Source: Spirochaetia bacterium (lineage in GTDB: Bacteria > Spirochaetota > Spirochaetia > SZUA-6 > Bin103). Taken from it: a stretch of DNA of 64,000 bases. Below, piece by piece: positions 35,547-45,219 of this stretch. Each line of letters opens with the position of its first letter. Position 1 is the stretch's first letter. The notes beneath the pieces are model-generated. The model was not told the DNA's origin. It ran no database searches and saw nothing but the letters and a program-made list of their open reading frames with translations. Where the stretch lies: contig CBDBDQ010000005.1 in assembly GCA_965203905.1 (NCBI GenBank), positions 4,960,001 through 5,024,000 on the forward strand, written 5' to 3'. The translations under genes and the position numbers were made by a program.

Positions 35547-38500
35547 TTACTCCTCGCCCACCGTGAGCTGCCCCACGCTCGACTTGCCGAACTCCGGCCG
35601 CGCCACCCACCACGGCCCGTCCGCCTCCAGGCGGAGCCGCTCACCGCGGAACTCGGCCCTGGCAATCGCCTTGCCGTCAGCGCCGCGGAGACGGAGCTCC
35701 ACCTGGCCGAACCCGTGCAGATCCAGGCTCCGGCCGGCGTCCGCCGCGGAGGGCTCGACGTGCACCCGCGGGTCCGCGACCAGGACGGTCAGTCCCGGCG
35801 TGGACAGCACCGTGCTCAGCCGGCCTTCCTCCACGGTGAGCGGCAGCCACTCCCCACCCAGCCGCAGCCGGCACCCGCGCCGGCCCCGGGCCTCCGTCCA
35901 GTCGGTGTTCAGCAGGTGCACGGTCGTGACCTCGCTGTCGGGCTCCTGGCGCACGGTGTAGTAGACGTCGCCGCTCGGGTCTTCCAGCTCCACCGGCGCC
36001 TCCACCTGCCCGGCCAGGCCGTGGATGAGGTCGGTCATCAGCGGCGCGAGGAAGGAGTTGCCGGGGTAGTCGTGGGTCAGCAGGACGTACACCACGCCGC
36101 GTCCCACGCGGTGGCGGACGACGACCGGCTCGCCCGTGGCCTCGTCGCAGGCGAGCACTTCCGCACCGGCCAGCTCGACCGCCTCCCGGCACACCAGCGG
36201 GTGCCGCGGCTGCACCGGCGGGCCGTCCTCGCCGGCGTAGCGGTACACCTTTCCGGCGGCGAGCGGGTTGTCGCGGGCGGCGAGCACCCGCACCGCGGAC
36301 AGCCGCTCGGCCTTGCCCCTGGCGCGCACCCCCAGGAGATCGGCGAAGTCGCCGTCCCGCAGCAGGTTCAGCGACTCCAGGTCTTCCAGCAGGAACGTGC
36401 GCGACTCGTTGGTGGTGAGGTGAGGGATGCCGAGGAACAGGGTGCCGCCGCCCTTCACGTATTGCACCATGCGCCGGTAGCTCTCCTCGTCGGCGGTGTT
36501 CCACCCCAGCAGCATGAGGAGCTGGAACTCCGACCACACTTCCGCCGGGGCTGCGATCGGAATCAGCTCCAGCTCGCCGTAGGGAGTGCCGGAGTACCAG
36601 CGCCGCACCCGCTGCGGACTCTGCTCCAGCGTGTGCAGCCAGACCCCGGGAAAGAACACGTCCAGGTAGCGCAGCCCGTACTCCGGTGTTGAGGGCCGCC
36701 ATTCCGGAGTGTTCGCGCCGCAGAAGCGCCAGACCATCGGGGGAATGCCCTGCCGGCGGCTGTCGGCGAGGCCGTCCGCCAGGTCGCAGGCGAAGCGGCC
36801 CGTCAGCAGCGCCTGCCTGACCCGCGGCTGACCGCGGCGCGGATGGCTGCGCACGAAGCGGTGGAACTCCCGCAGGATCTCCTGCCGCCGGCGCGGGAAC
36901 CGGTCGCCCAGGCTGTACAGCCGCTCGTGGTAGTTTCGCAGCAGGGACTCCTCGTCGTTGACGAAGGAGGAGCCCGCGATGTAGGCGAGGTAGATGGAGA
37001 GCCACCACATGCGCAGGGTGTCGTCGCCCTCCGGGTGCTTGTGGGCGCCCTCGGCGATGTAGGTGCCCCACACCGGCCGCCGCCAGGCCCGCGCCGCGCC
37101 GCGCGCGTCGGCCAGCAGCAGCACGTTGTGCATCTTGTTGAACTGCGCCGAGCACAGGTCCGCGCCTGCCGCGTAGGAGTGGCCGTGGCACAGCACCGTG
37201 ATCATGTCCACGACGTCGGTGCCGGGATCGCGCTCCTTGACCAGTGCCAGGAGGCCCTTGCGGAAGGCCACGTAGGCCTCGTGCGCGGTGCGCATGGTGC
37301 GTTCGGCCTCCGGGGTCTCCTGCTTCACCGGGGCGATCTCGTAGCCGAACAGCGGGCCGTCGAGCTCGGTGAGCATCCAGCCGGCGAAGAACGGCCCGCC
37401 CTCGCGCTTGGCCGCGATGGTCCACCGCGGCGGCACCACGTGCGCCATCATGAAGTGGATGCCCAGTTTCCGGCACAGCCGGGCGAGGGAAACGGCGTGC
37501 GCCTCGTCCCGCACCTTGCGGAACACGCAGTAGTTGCCCAGCCCGGTCTCCGCCAGGAGCCGCAGGCAGCGCTCCAGGTATCCCGGCGGGCGCCACGGCA
37601 GCGCGCAGGTCTCCATGCCCACCCGCATCGGAAACGCCTCGGCCTCGGTGCCCACCACCTGCGCGATGCCCGCTTCGCTGCTCACCTGGTCGGCGCAGAA
37701 GCGGAGCCTGGCGTCGGCCAGGGGCTGCTCGGCGCGCACCCGGAGCCGGTGGTCGCCGGCGCCCAGTTCCGCGGGCAGCTCGGTGAGCGCACGCAGGCCG
37801 TCCGGAAGCTGCGCGCGCACGCCGCGCAGCGTGCGCCTGGCCGACAGCTCGATCGCGAACTCTTCGCCGAGCCGGACCCAGGACGGGCACCGGCTGACCT
37901 CCAGGTCGCGCCGCTCCGTCTCCTCCAGAAACACCCTGCCCAGCAGGAGGTAGTCCCGCTGCCCGCCGTCGCTGTGCAACCGCAACGTGTTGCTCCCGGC
38001 CTGGAACAAGTCCCGCGGCAGGTCGACGACGATCTCCTCCATCATGGGATGCCGGTACTGTTCCCAGAAGGGCTGCCAGCCCTCGCTGATGTGGTGCTCG
38101 TTGAAGGAGACCCGGTACTGCAGGCAGGTGTTCCTGCCGTCCTCGCCGACCTGCTGCGGCGGGTCCCCGGCCCGGTCCGGCACGGCCGCGTTGCAGCGGA
38201 AGGTGGCGCGTACCACCCGGCTCACGCCCGGCTCGTCCGCGCCCCAGTCGGGCTGCTGGAACGAAACCTCGGCGCCGCGGCCGGGAGCGATCCAGACCCA
38301 GTCGGTCCGGTTCCAGCGGTGCACGGGACCCCTGATGGAAGCCGCCTCCATGAAGTCGCGCCAGCGCCCGTCGCCCCGGGTCATCGCGGCGATCTCCTCG
38401 GGAGTGTCGAGGTTCGTGTCATGCCCATCGAGCAGGGCCGTGAGGTCGACATTGCTGTAACGGAACCCGACGTGCCGGCTGATCTGCCTGCGGGCGGTGA

Positions 38501-38825
38501 TCTCGGCGATGCTGAAGCGCAGCGTGGCGGCCTTGGTGCGCACCTCCACCACCGTCTCCGGCCCGCCTTCCACCTCGAACAGCACCCCGCCGAAGCGGTA
38601 GCGCGCCGAATCGGCGTGCCAGTGCCAGAACGGCCGCTCCAGGGGGATCTGCTTCTCCCAGCACGGCGTCCCGGGCCCGTGCAGGCGCAGCAGGGAGCAG
38701 CGCACGACCCTGCCGCCGGTGACGAACACGCCGCCGTCCCAGCAGTAGTCCTCGTGGTGGAACGGCTGCTGTGCGTACATCATGTAGTAGCCCCAGTGCA
38801 CTCTCAGGGCGTGGTTCTCGGGCAC
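35547..38825 (-). CDS. Large hypothetical protein (1092 aa), putative glycoside-hydrolase-like; paralog of 50380-53787
   Basis: Long ORF with coding-like codon bias, co-oriented in an operon, conserved blocks shared with the paralog. 'YVKGGGTLF' and 'PVVVRHRVGRGVVYVL' resemble the GH42 trimerisation domain. Confidence 0.75.
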   Translation of the reverse strand: MPENHALRVHWGYYMMYAQQPFHHEDYCWDGGVFVTGGRVVRCSLLRLHGPGTPCWEKQIPLERPFWHWHADSARYRFGGVLFEVEGGPETVVEVRTKAATLRFSIAEITARRQISRHVGFRYSNVDLTALLDGHDTNLDTPEEIAAMTRGDGRWRDFMEAASIRGPVHRWNRTDWVWIAPGRGAEVSFQQPDWGADEPGVSRVVRATFRCNAAVPDRAGDPPQQVGEDGRNTCLQYRVSFNEHHISEGWQPFWEQYRHPMMEEIVVDLPRDLFQAGSNTLRLHSDGGQRDYLLLGRVFLEETERRDLEVSRCPSWVRLGEEFAIELSARRTLRGVRAQLPDGLRALTELPAELGAGDHRLRVRAEQPLADARLRFCADQVSSEAGIAQVVGTEAEAFPMRVGMETCALPWRPPGYLERCLRLLAETGLGNYCVFRKVRDEAHAVSLARLCRKLGIHFMMAHVVPPRWTIAAKREGGPFFAGWMLTELDGPLFGYEIAPVKQETPEAERTMRTAHEAYVAFRKGLLALVKERDPGTDVVDMITVLCHGHSYAAGADLCSAQFNKMHNVLLLADARGAARAWRRPVWGTYIAEGAHKHPEGDDTLRMWWLSIYLAYIAGSSFVNDEESLLRNYHERLYSLGDRFPRRRQEILREFHRFVRSHPRRGQPRVRQALLTGRFACDLADGLADSRRQGIPPMVWRFCGANTPEWRPSTPEYGLRYLDVFFPGVWLHTLEQSPQRVRRWYSGTPYGELELIPIAAPAEVWSEFQLLMLLGWNTADEESYRRMVQYVKGGGTLFLGIPHLTTNESRTFLLEDLESLNLLRDGDFADLLGVRARGKAERLSAVRVLAARDNPLAAGKVYRYAGEDGPPVQPRHPLVCREAVELAGAEVLACDEATGEPVVVRHRVGRGVVYVLLTHDYPGNSFLAPLMTDLIHGLAGQVEAPVELEDPSGDVYYTVRQEPDSEVTTVHLLNTDWTEARGRRGCRLRLGGEWLPLTVEEGRLSTVLSTPGLTVLVADPRVHVEPSAADAGRSLDLHGFGQVELRLRGADGKAIARAEFRGERLRLEADGPWWVARPEFGKSSVGQLTVGEE

Positions 38826-38840
38826 GAGGTTATGGCTCCG

Positions 38841-39971
38841 TCAGCGCTGGTACGGGTCCGCGGCATCGCGCAGCCCGTCACCCAGAAAGTTGAAGCTCAG
38901 CACCACCACGATGACGAGCAGGCCCGGCAGCAGCAGCCACGGCGTGTGGTACAGCGTGCGTATGTTCTGCGCGTCCTGCAGCAGCACCCCCCAGCTCACG
39001 GTGGGCGGCCGCAGCCCCAGCCCGATGAAGCTCAGCGCCGTCTCCCCCAGGATCATCCCGGGTATGGACAGGGTGACGTTGACGATCAGGTAGCTGAGGA
39101 ACGACGGCAGCAGGTGGCTCACGATGGTCTTGAGCTCGCCGGTGCCGGCGATCCGCGCCGCCATCACGAAGTCCTCCTCGCGGGAGGCGATCAGCTTGCT
39201 GCGCACCGTCCGCGCCAGCCCGGGCCAGCCGAACAGGGACAGGATCACGGTGATGCCGAAGTAGACTCTGAGCTGGGGCCATTCCGGCGGCAGTGCCGCG
39301 CTCAGGGCCATCCACAGGGGCAGCGTGGGAATCGACACCAGGAAGTCGATGACGCGCTGGATGGCCATGTCCACGGGCCCCCCGAAGAATCCCGAGATGC
39401 CTCCCAGCAGACAGCCGAGAATGAAGCTCAGCGCGACACCGATCAGCCCGATCGAGAGGGAGATCCGCATCGCCGAGACGGTCCGCGACATCAGGTCGCG
39501 CCCCAGCGGGTCGGTACCGAACAGGTGCAGCGTGCCGTCAGCGATGCCGACCAGGTGCAGGTCGCTCTGGACCAGGCCCCACATCTTGTATTTGTCGCCG
39601 CGCACCAGGAAGCGGATGGGATGCACCTTCTCGGGATCGGGCGTGTAGATCCTGCGCCACGTGACCGGATCCTCGCTCACCTGCAGGCCGTAGACGAAGG
39701 GTGCGCGCAGCCTGCCCTGGTCGAAGAACCGGACTCTCTGCGGCGGCGCGTTGATGAGGTCCTCGTCGCGCCTGGTGACACTCTGCGTCGCGAAGAACTC
39801 GGCGAAGAGTGCAATGAGGTACAGGCAGAGCAGCAGGATGCCCCCGCCCATGGCGAAGCGGTGCCGCTTGAGCTTGCGCCACATGAGCTGCCACTGCGAG
39901 GCGATGAAGAGCGCCTCGGCCGCTGTCGTGGTCGTTTCGTCCGGGTGTTCGGTCGGCAGGGTTTCGTTCAC
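38841..39971 (-). CDS. Dpp/Opp-type ABC permease (DppC-like)
   Basis: 'FGTDPLGRDL', 'ETALSFIGLG', 'GDGLRDAADPY'. Confidence 0.92.
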   Translation of the reverse strand: MNETLPTEHPDETTTTAAEALFIASQWQLMWRKLKRHRFAMGGGILLLCLYLIALFAEFFATQSVTRRDEDLINAPPQRVRFFDQGRLRAPFVYGLQVSEDPVTWRRIYTPDPEKVHPIRFLVRGDKYKMWGLVQSDLHLVGIADGTLHLFGTDPLGRDLMSRTVSAMRISLSIGLIGVALSFILGCLLGGISGFFGGPVDMAIQRVIDFLVSIPTLPLWMALSAALPPEWPQLRVYFGITVILSLFGWPGLARTVRSKLIASREEDFVMAARIAGTGELKTIVSHLLPSFLSYLIVNVTLSIPGMILGETALSFIGLGLRPPTVSWGVLLQDAQNIRTLYHTPWLLLPGLLVIVVVLSFNFLGDGLRDAADPYQR

Positions 39972-39974
39972 GGC

Positions 39975-40967
39975 TCAGTTCGTCTTCTCGTAGCGGATGC
40001 GGGGGTCCACGATCACGAGCAGTATGTCGGATACGAAGGACCCGATGATGGTAAGAAATGCGAGCACCATCACGGCGCTCCCGGCCAGGTACATGTCCAG
40101 GCTGGTGAGCGCCGACAGGATCAGCGGCCCGATGGTCGGCAGGCTCAGCACGATCTCCACGATGGCACCGCCTGAGACGATTCCCGGCAGCATCCAGCCG
40201 ATGGTGCTGACGATGGGGTTGATGGCAATCCGTATCGGGTACTTGAAGAGCAGCTTCTGCTCGTCCAGGCCCTTGGAGCGGGCGGTCACGACGTAGGGTT
40301 TGCTCAGCTCGTCCAGCAGGCATCCCCGCATCACCCGGATCAGGCCCGCGGTGCCGGCCAGGGCCTCTACCACGATGGCAACCACGAGGTGCTTCATCAT
40401 GTCCAGGACCTTGTCGACGCTCCACTCCGCCAACTGGTATTGGGGCGAGAACAGCCCGCCGGCGCCGAACCCCAGCGTGTTCTCGAGCAGCAGCATGAGC
40501 GCCAGGGCCAGCAGGAACCCGGGGGTGGCGATTCCCATGAACCCGACCACCGTGAACGCGTAGTCACCGATGGAGTACTGGTGCGTCGCCGAGTAGATCC
40601 CGATGGGGACGGCGATGGCGTACACCAGGACGGTGGCGAGAAGGTTGATGGCCAGGGTGAGGGGCAGCCGCTCCATGATCAGGTCCGCCACCGGCTGTTC
40701 GAACTTGAAGGATCTTCCCAGGTCGCCCTGCAGCATGCGCCACACCCAGCCCAGGAACTGCTGCACCGGTGGCTGGTCCAGGCCGTAGAGCCGCTTCAGG
40801 GACTCGATCTCGGCCTCTGCCACGACCTGTCCCTGCGCCATGAGCTGGGCGACCTTGATGTCGACGTAGTCCGAGGGCGGGAGCTGGATGATGATGAAGG
40901 AAACGATCGAGATCACCACCATGAGAATGATCATGTAGAAGAAGCGCCTTATGGCGTATCCGACCAT
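39975..40967 (-). CDS. Dpp/Opp-type ABC permease (DppB-like)
   Basis: 'YGLDQP', 'GDLGRS', 'YVVTARSKG', 'VDPRIRY'. Confidence 0.92.
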   Translation of the reverse strand: MVGYAIRRFFYMIILMVVISIVSFIIIQLPPSDYVDIKVAQLMAQGQVVAEAEIESLKRLYGLDQPPVQQFLGWVWRMLQGDLGRSFKFEQPVADLIMERLPLTLAINLLATVLVYAIAVPIGIYSATHQYSIGDYAFTVVGFMGIATPGFLLALALMLLLENTLGFGAGGLFSPQYQLAEWSVDKVLDMMKHLVVAIVVEALAGTAGLIRVMRGCLLDELSKPYVVTARSKGLDEQKLLFKYPIRIAINPIVSTIGWMLPGIVSGGAIVEIVLSLPTIGPLILSALTSLDMYLAGSAVMVLAFLTIIGSFVSDILLVIVDPRIRYEKTN

Positions 40968-41070
40968 CTATCCGGCGTCCCTCCCTGCGTATCGCCTCGA
41001 AACCGCCGCCTCGCGGCACCGCCTTCGGCCCAGCCCCACCCACCGTACGGAGCCCTGCTCCTGTGCCGCC

Positions 41071-41101
41071 GCCCGGGCGGCGCAACGGCCGCCGCCCGGG
41101 C
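41071..41101 (-). terminator. Stem-loop after SBP gene
   Basis: GCCCGGGCGGCG-N7-CGCCGCCCGGGC, 12-bp stem. Confidence 0.6.
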
Positions 41102-41105
41102 AACG

Positions 41106-43094
41106 TCAGGTTATTGCATCAGGTAGAGCTGCTCGGGATGGGAACGCGGTCATCTGCTTGAGACCGTCGCCCCAGACCCCGACCTCCGGATGGTTCCCGA
41201 GCCGGTTGCTGACCAGGATCGGCTTCTTGCCGACCACGGTGCCGATGATCCAGAGATTCTCCGCCTGGGAGCGGAAGACTTCCCTGAGGATCTCCGTCCG
41301 CCGGTCCTCGTCGAAGGTCTGCTGCAACTCCCCGGCCAGCTCTTGCAGCCGCACGATCTCAGTGAAGGGATACTCGTCCGGCGAGAATTCCGGGGGCCAC
41401 TCGCCACCCGAGTTTGCCGGCGGCAGCAGCGGGGTGTCGAAGTAGCGCGCGCCGTCGGTGAAGGCATACCACGAGAGACCGTTGCCGCCGCTGGTCAGCC
41501 CGAAGGCGTCGGACTTGTCGACAAAGAGCGCGAACATGTGCGACTCGCCGCTCTGGTGCAGCGGATGGGTGATGCCCCAGTCCTGGACCTTGAAGTTCAC
41601 CTTGATGCCGATGGCCTTCCAGTCCTCGATCACCAGCTCCGTGACCTTGTTGGACAGGCCTACCGGCCCGCTGATCACGAGGTACTCGAACGGATTCCCG
41701 TCCGGTCGCAGCCGCCACTCGTTGTTGGCGTCCCACTTCATTCCCATCTCGTCCAGGAGACGATTGGCCTCCGCAACATCGTGCTCGGCGTAGGCGTCGC
41801 GGAACGACTCGTCGAACCAGGGAGCGCCGGGCAGGGCGGTCGGCTGGCCGACGACGCCGCGGCCGAAGAACAGGGTCTTGTTGATGGACTCGCGGTTGAT
41901 CGCCAGCGACAGCGCCATGCGGAACCGCTTGTCGTGGTTGATGCTCGCGATCACCGGATCCTTCGGGGTCAGGTTCGGGAAGTAGGCGGCGTCGGACGAG
42001 CCGTCCTGGTCCCACAGCAGGACCCGGTAGTTGCCCCCCTGCGCGCCCTCCTGGTACACGGAGTAGTTCGACAGGTCGGAGCCTTCGCCGTGCCAGTCCG
42101 CCTCGCCGGCCAGCATCTTGGCCGTGAGCAGCTCCGTGTTCTCCACGCTGTTGACCTGGATCTGGTCGATGTACGGAAGCTGGTTGCCGGCCGGGTCGAC
42201 CTTCCAGTAGAAGGGATTCCGCTCGTACAGCGTGGTGCCGGTTGCCACCTGCTTGGTGATGAAGGAGTCCAGCGAGGGCATGTCCGGGTTGATGTAGGGG
42301 TTACGGGAGCTGGCCCGTTGTCTCTGATCCCCGAGCAGCTGAGTCCAGTTGTCGAACCCGCCGTCCTTTACCATCTCGTCGAGCTTGCCCTTGTCCGCGT
42401 AGTCGGCGTGGAACTGCTTGAGGTAATGGGCCGGAGCGAACATGTTGCCGTCCAGCAGGGACATGTAGGAGAGCACGGGCTGGAACGGGACCGCAAAGTC
42501 CATCTGGATCGTGTGGTCGTCCACCTTGGTCCACTTCATGACCTCGCCGCCCGGCATCAGGCGGTTGTTGATCCGGGACGTGACTTCCTCGTTCAGCAGG
42601 AGATCATCGTACCAGAACATCATGTCGTCCGCGCTGAACGGGGCGCCGTCCGACCACTTCATGCCGTTGCGCAGCGTCACGGTAAGGGCCTTGCCGTCCG
42701 GCGCGAACACGTAGCCCTCGACCACGTTCGGTATCAGCGTCTTCAGGTCCTCGGCCACGGCGAAGAGGCCCTCGGTGCCCTTCAGGCTGTAGCCTTCGCC
42801 GATGCCCACCATGGCAAGGGCCATGGCGTAGGCCGTCCCGCCGTACTGCCCGATGCCATCCACCGGAACCACCACTACACCGTCAGTGGGCAGCCGGTCC
42901 TCCACCGCGGGCAAGTCCCCCGCGGCCACGCGCGCCGCCAGCATGGGCGACTCCTGGAAGCTCGAGATCATGTTCCCCGACATCCTCTCGTACTCGTCCA
43001 GGTTGTGCTGCTCGGCCAGTCCGGTGGGGGCGGCGAAGGCCGCCATGCCTCCCAGCAGGCCGAAACACGCACAGACAACCAGTATCCTTTTCAT
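41106..43094 (-). CDS. ABC transporter family-5 substrate-binding protein (probable +1 indel near 3' end)
   Basis: Signal peptide MKRILVV..; 'ESPMLA', 'GMKWSDGAPF', 'GNQLPYID', 'RFRMALSLAINR'. Confidence 0.9.
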   Translation of the reverse strand: MKRILVVCACFGLLGGMAAFAAPTGLAEQHNLDEYERMSGNMISSFQESPMLAARVAAGDLPAVEDRLPTDGVVVVPVDGIGQYGGTAYAMALAMVGIGEGYSLKGTEGLFAVAEDLKTLIPNVVEGYVFAPDGKALTVTLRNGMKWSDGAPFSADDMMFWYDDLLLNEEVTSRINNRLMPGGEVMKWTKVDDHTIQMDFAVPFQPVLSYMSLLDGNMFAPAHYLKQFHADYADKGKLDEMVKDGGFDNWTQLLGDQRQRASSRNPYINPDMPSLDSFITKQVATGTTLYERNPFYWKVDPAGNQLPYIDQIQVNSVENTELLTAKMLAGEADWHGEGSDLSNYSVYQEGAQGGNYRVLLWDQDGSSDAAYFPNLTPKDPVIASINHDKRFRMALSLAINRESINKTLFFGRGVVGQPTALPGAPWFDESFRDAYAEHDVAEANRLLDEMGMKWDANNEWRLRPDGNPFEYLVISGPVGLSNKVTELVIEDWKAIGIKVNFKVQDWGITHPLHQSGESHMFALFVDKSDAFGLTSGGNGLSWYAFTDGARYFDTPLLPPANSGGEWPPEFSPDEYPFTEIVRLQELAGELQQTFDEDRRTEILREVFRSQAENLWIIGTVVGKKPILVSNRLGNHPEVGVWGDGLKQMTAFPSRAALPDAIT

Positions 43095-43269
43095 TCGATC
43101 TTCTCCATTTTTATTCTTCTGACCCGACTGGGGCCAGAGCACGCTACCCAGATCGTAAGCTCTCTATCCCGCTCACCTCCTCGAACCTCTCGATAGAGAA
43201 CAGGTTAGACCATAACCATGTCACGCGCACTTGTGGGCTGTCAATTCACCAGGCGCCGGGGGCCGGGAT

Positions 43270-43560
43270 CTAGCGTCCGTGGTAGGGGTCGGCGGCGGCG
43301 CGCAGCCCGTCGCCCAGGAAGTTGAAGGCCAGCACCGCCAGGATCACGCACAGGCCGGGGATCATGAGCCAGGGGTGCAGGGCCACCGAGCGAATGTTCT
43401 GGGCCTGCTGCAGCAGCACTCCCCAGCTCACCGCGGGCGGCCGCAGGCCGATTCCGAGAAAGCTCAGGACGGTCTCGCCGAGGATGGTCGCGGGCACCGC
43501 CAGCGTGACGTTCACGATCAGGTAGCTCATGAAGGAGGGCAGCAGGCGGCGGCGAATGGT
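43270..43560 (-). pseudogene. 3' fragment of a DppC permease
   Basis: 'LLPSFMSYLIVNVTL...GDGLRAAADPY'; 5' three quarters of the gene are absent. Confidence 0.85.
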
Positions 43561-43677
43561 ATGCGCCGCACTCCTGCCGGCCGGGCTGACACGCACGCCT
43601 CGGGCGCAGGGATCGGTCTCCGCAGTGCGCGAGCGTGTAGTCCCTCTGCGATGTCCGCTCCGGAGACGCCACTGCGC

Positions 43678-45213
43678 TCACGTCACCGAATCCCGCGGTG
43701 CGGCATGCTGCCGGCGCTGGTGGCGGTAACGGTGGTGAGCTGCGCAGCGCAAGACCAGGTTCCCGGGCTCCGCACCACCGCCCACCGCGACCGGAACGAT
43801 GTGGTCCATCTCGAGAAAGAAGCGCGAGCCGCAGCGCCGCCCGCTGTCCCGGTCGACGAAGGTGCAGCAGCTCTGGTCGCGCCGCCAAACCTCTCGTTTC
43901 ACCGCCGCCGGAATCGATCTGCCCGACGAGCCGCGGGACTTCTTCACCGAAGGAAGCTCCCCTGCGCCGCCGGCCCTCGGCTCCGGTATCGAGCTGCCGG
44001 TTGCCACATGGGACTTCGCCGCCGAAGTCGGCTCCGCCGATTCTGCACCGTCGGTGGTCCGCTCCGGAATCGAATCGCTAGCTGCCACCCGCGGCTTCGC
44101 CGCCGAAGTCGGCTCGTTCGCCTCCGCGCCGCCGGCGGTGCGGCCGTGATGTGCCGGCGGCGCAACCCACTTCGGCGCCGAAGCACGGCTACCCGGCGGC
44201 GGCCCGAGGCGTCTCTTGGGCGAAGCTTCCCCCGAGCCTCCGCCTGCTGGCGTGGCCGGCGAAGTGCCGGCTGCCGTCGGCTTCGCGGACCGCTTCGTGG
44301 CGGACGGAGACGTCGTCGGCGCCGCGGACTCCTCGGCCCGGCGCGGGTTCTCCACCGCAGCCGCAACGCGATCCGCCGTCTCCCGCCCCGCTGTCCCGGA
44401 CGGACGCTCGCCACCCGCCGAGTCGGACTCCCGCTTCCGGCGCCGCGGCCGGCTCGGGTCGTAGCGCTCCAGTCCCTCCCGCACCAGCCGCCCGACGAGT
44501 TGCCCGACCGTCAGGTGCGGATCCACGTGCGACAGCAGCTCCCGCAACTGCTGCAGTCCCTGCTGGCACTCGGCGTCGATCACCGCCTTCAGCTCCCAGC
44601 GCCCGTCCCCCAGCGCGCGCAGCCGGTCGCCGGGCACCGCCGCCTCGGGATCCACCTCGGCCAGCATCTGCTGCACCTGCCGCGTGCTCTTGCCCACCGC
44701 CTGCTCCACCAGTTGCTGCCGGGCGTGCGCATCCAGCACCGGCGATGGCGCACCCTGCGCCTCGCCCGGCGTCGCGGATGGAGCCGAGCCGGCACGCGGC
44801 GCGGCGCTGGTGCCGGCTCCCGGCGACCCGGTGGCGGTCCGTCCGCCTGCGCTGCGGTCCCAGCGCTCGAAGGAGTTCTGCAACAGGGCCGCGTTGCTCA
44901 GGTTCAGCGAGCCGTCCTGCAGCCACTCGCGGACGCCGCGGGTCTCGCGGCACAGGCGCATGGCCTTGATACGCCGCCAAGCGGCTGCCTCGGTATAGTG
45001 CAACTCGCGCACGGTGTAGTCGAACAAGCTGGAGTAGCCGAGGCGCAGATACAGGCGCCGGGCCTCGATCTCGCGCAGGTGGTCGAGGACGCTGAGCTGC
45101 AACGCCTGCTCGTGGCGGGCGAGCATTCTGGTCCGCTCCAGCAGGACTTGGTCGGGTAGCACGGCAACGGTGGAGAGGAGCTCTTCGGAGGCTGCTTCGG
45201 TCACGTTCGTCAT
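43678..45213 (-). CDS. HNH endonuclease with N-terminal helical (DUF222-like) domain and repetitive linker
   Basis: 'RLYLRLGYSSLFDY..REL.YTE..A.RRI'; C-terminal 'IP..VKREVWRRD..CC...C......DHIVP...GG.....NL.L.C..HH'. Confidence 0.88.
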   Translation of the reverse strand: MTNVTEAASEELLSTVAVLPDQVLLERTRMLARHEQALQLSVLDHLREIEARRLYLRLGYSSLFDYTVRELHYTEAAAWRRIKAMRLCRETRGVREWLQDGSLNLSNAALLQNSFERWDRSAGGRTATGSPGAGTSAAPRAGSAPSATPGEAQGAPSPVLDAHARQQLVEQAVGKSTRQVQQMLAEVDPEAAVPGDRLRALGDGRWELKAVIDAECQQGLQQLRELLSHVDPHLTVGQLVGRLVREGLERYDPSRPRRRKRESDSAGGERPSGTAGRETADRVAAAVENPRRAEESAAPTTSPSATKRSAKPTAAGTSPATPAGGGSGEASPKRRLGPPPGSRASAPKWVAPPAHHGRTAGGAEANEPTSAAKPRVAASDSIPERTTDGAESAEPTSAAKSHVATGSSIPEPRAGGAGELPSVKKSRGSSGRSIPAAVKREVWRRDQSCCTFVDRDSGRRCGSRFFLEMDHIVPVAVGGGAEPGNLVLRCAAHHRYRHQRRQHAAPRDSVT

Positions 45214-45219
45214 GACGTA

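Noticed and set aside
36843-40175. 1110-aa + strand ORF
   Set aside because: Antisense shadow of well-supported minus-strand genes in high-GC DNA; no motifs
41190-45159. 668-aa and 642-aa + strand ORFs
   Set aside because: Antisense to the SBP, the dppC stub and the HNH gene; compositionally shadow-like
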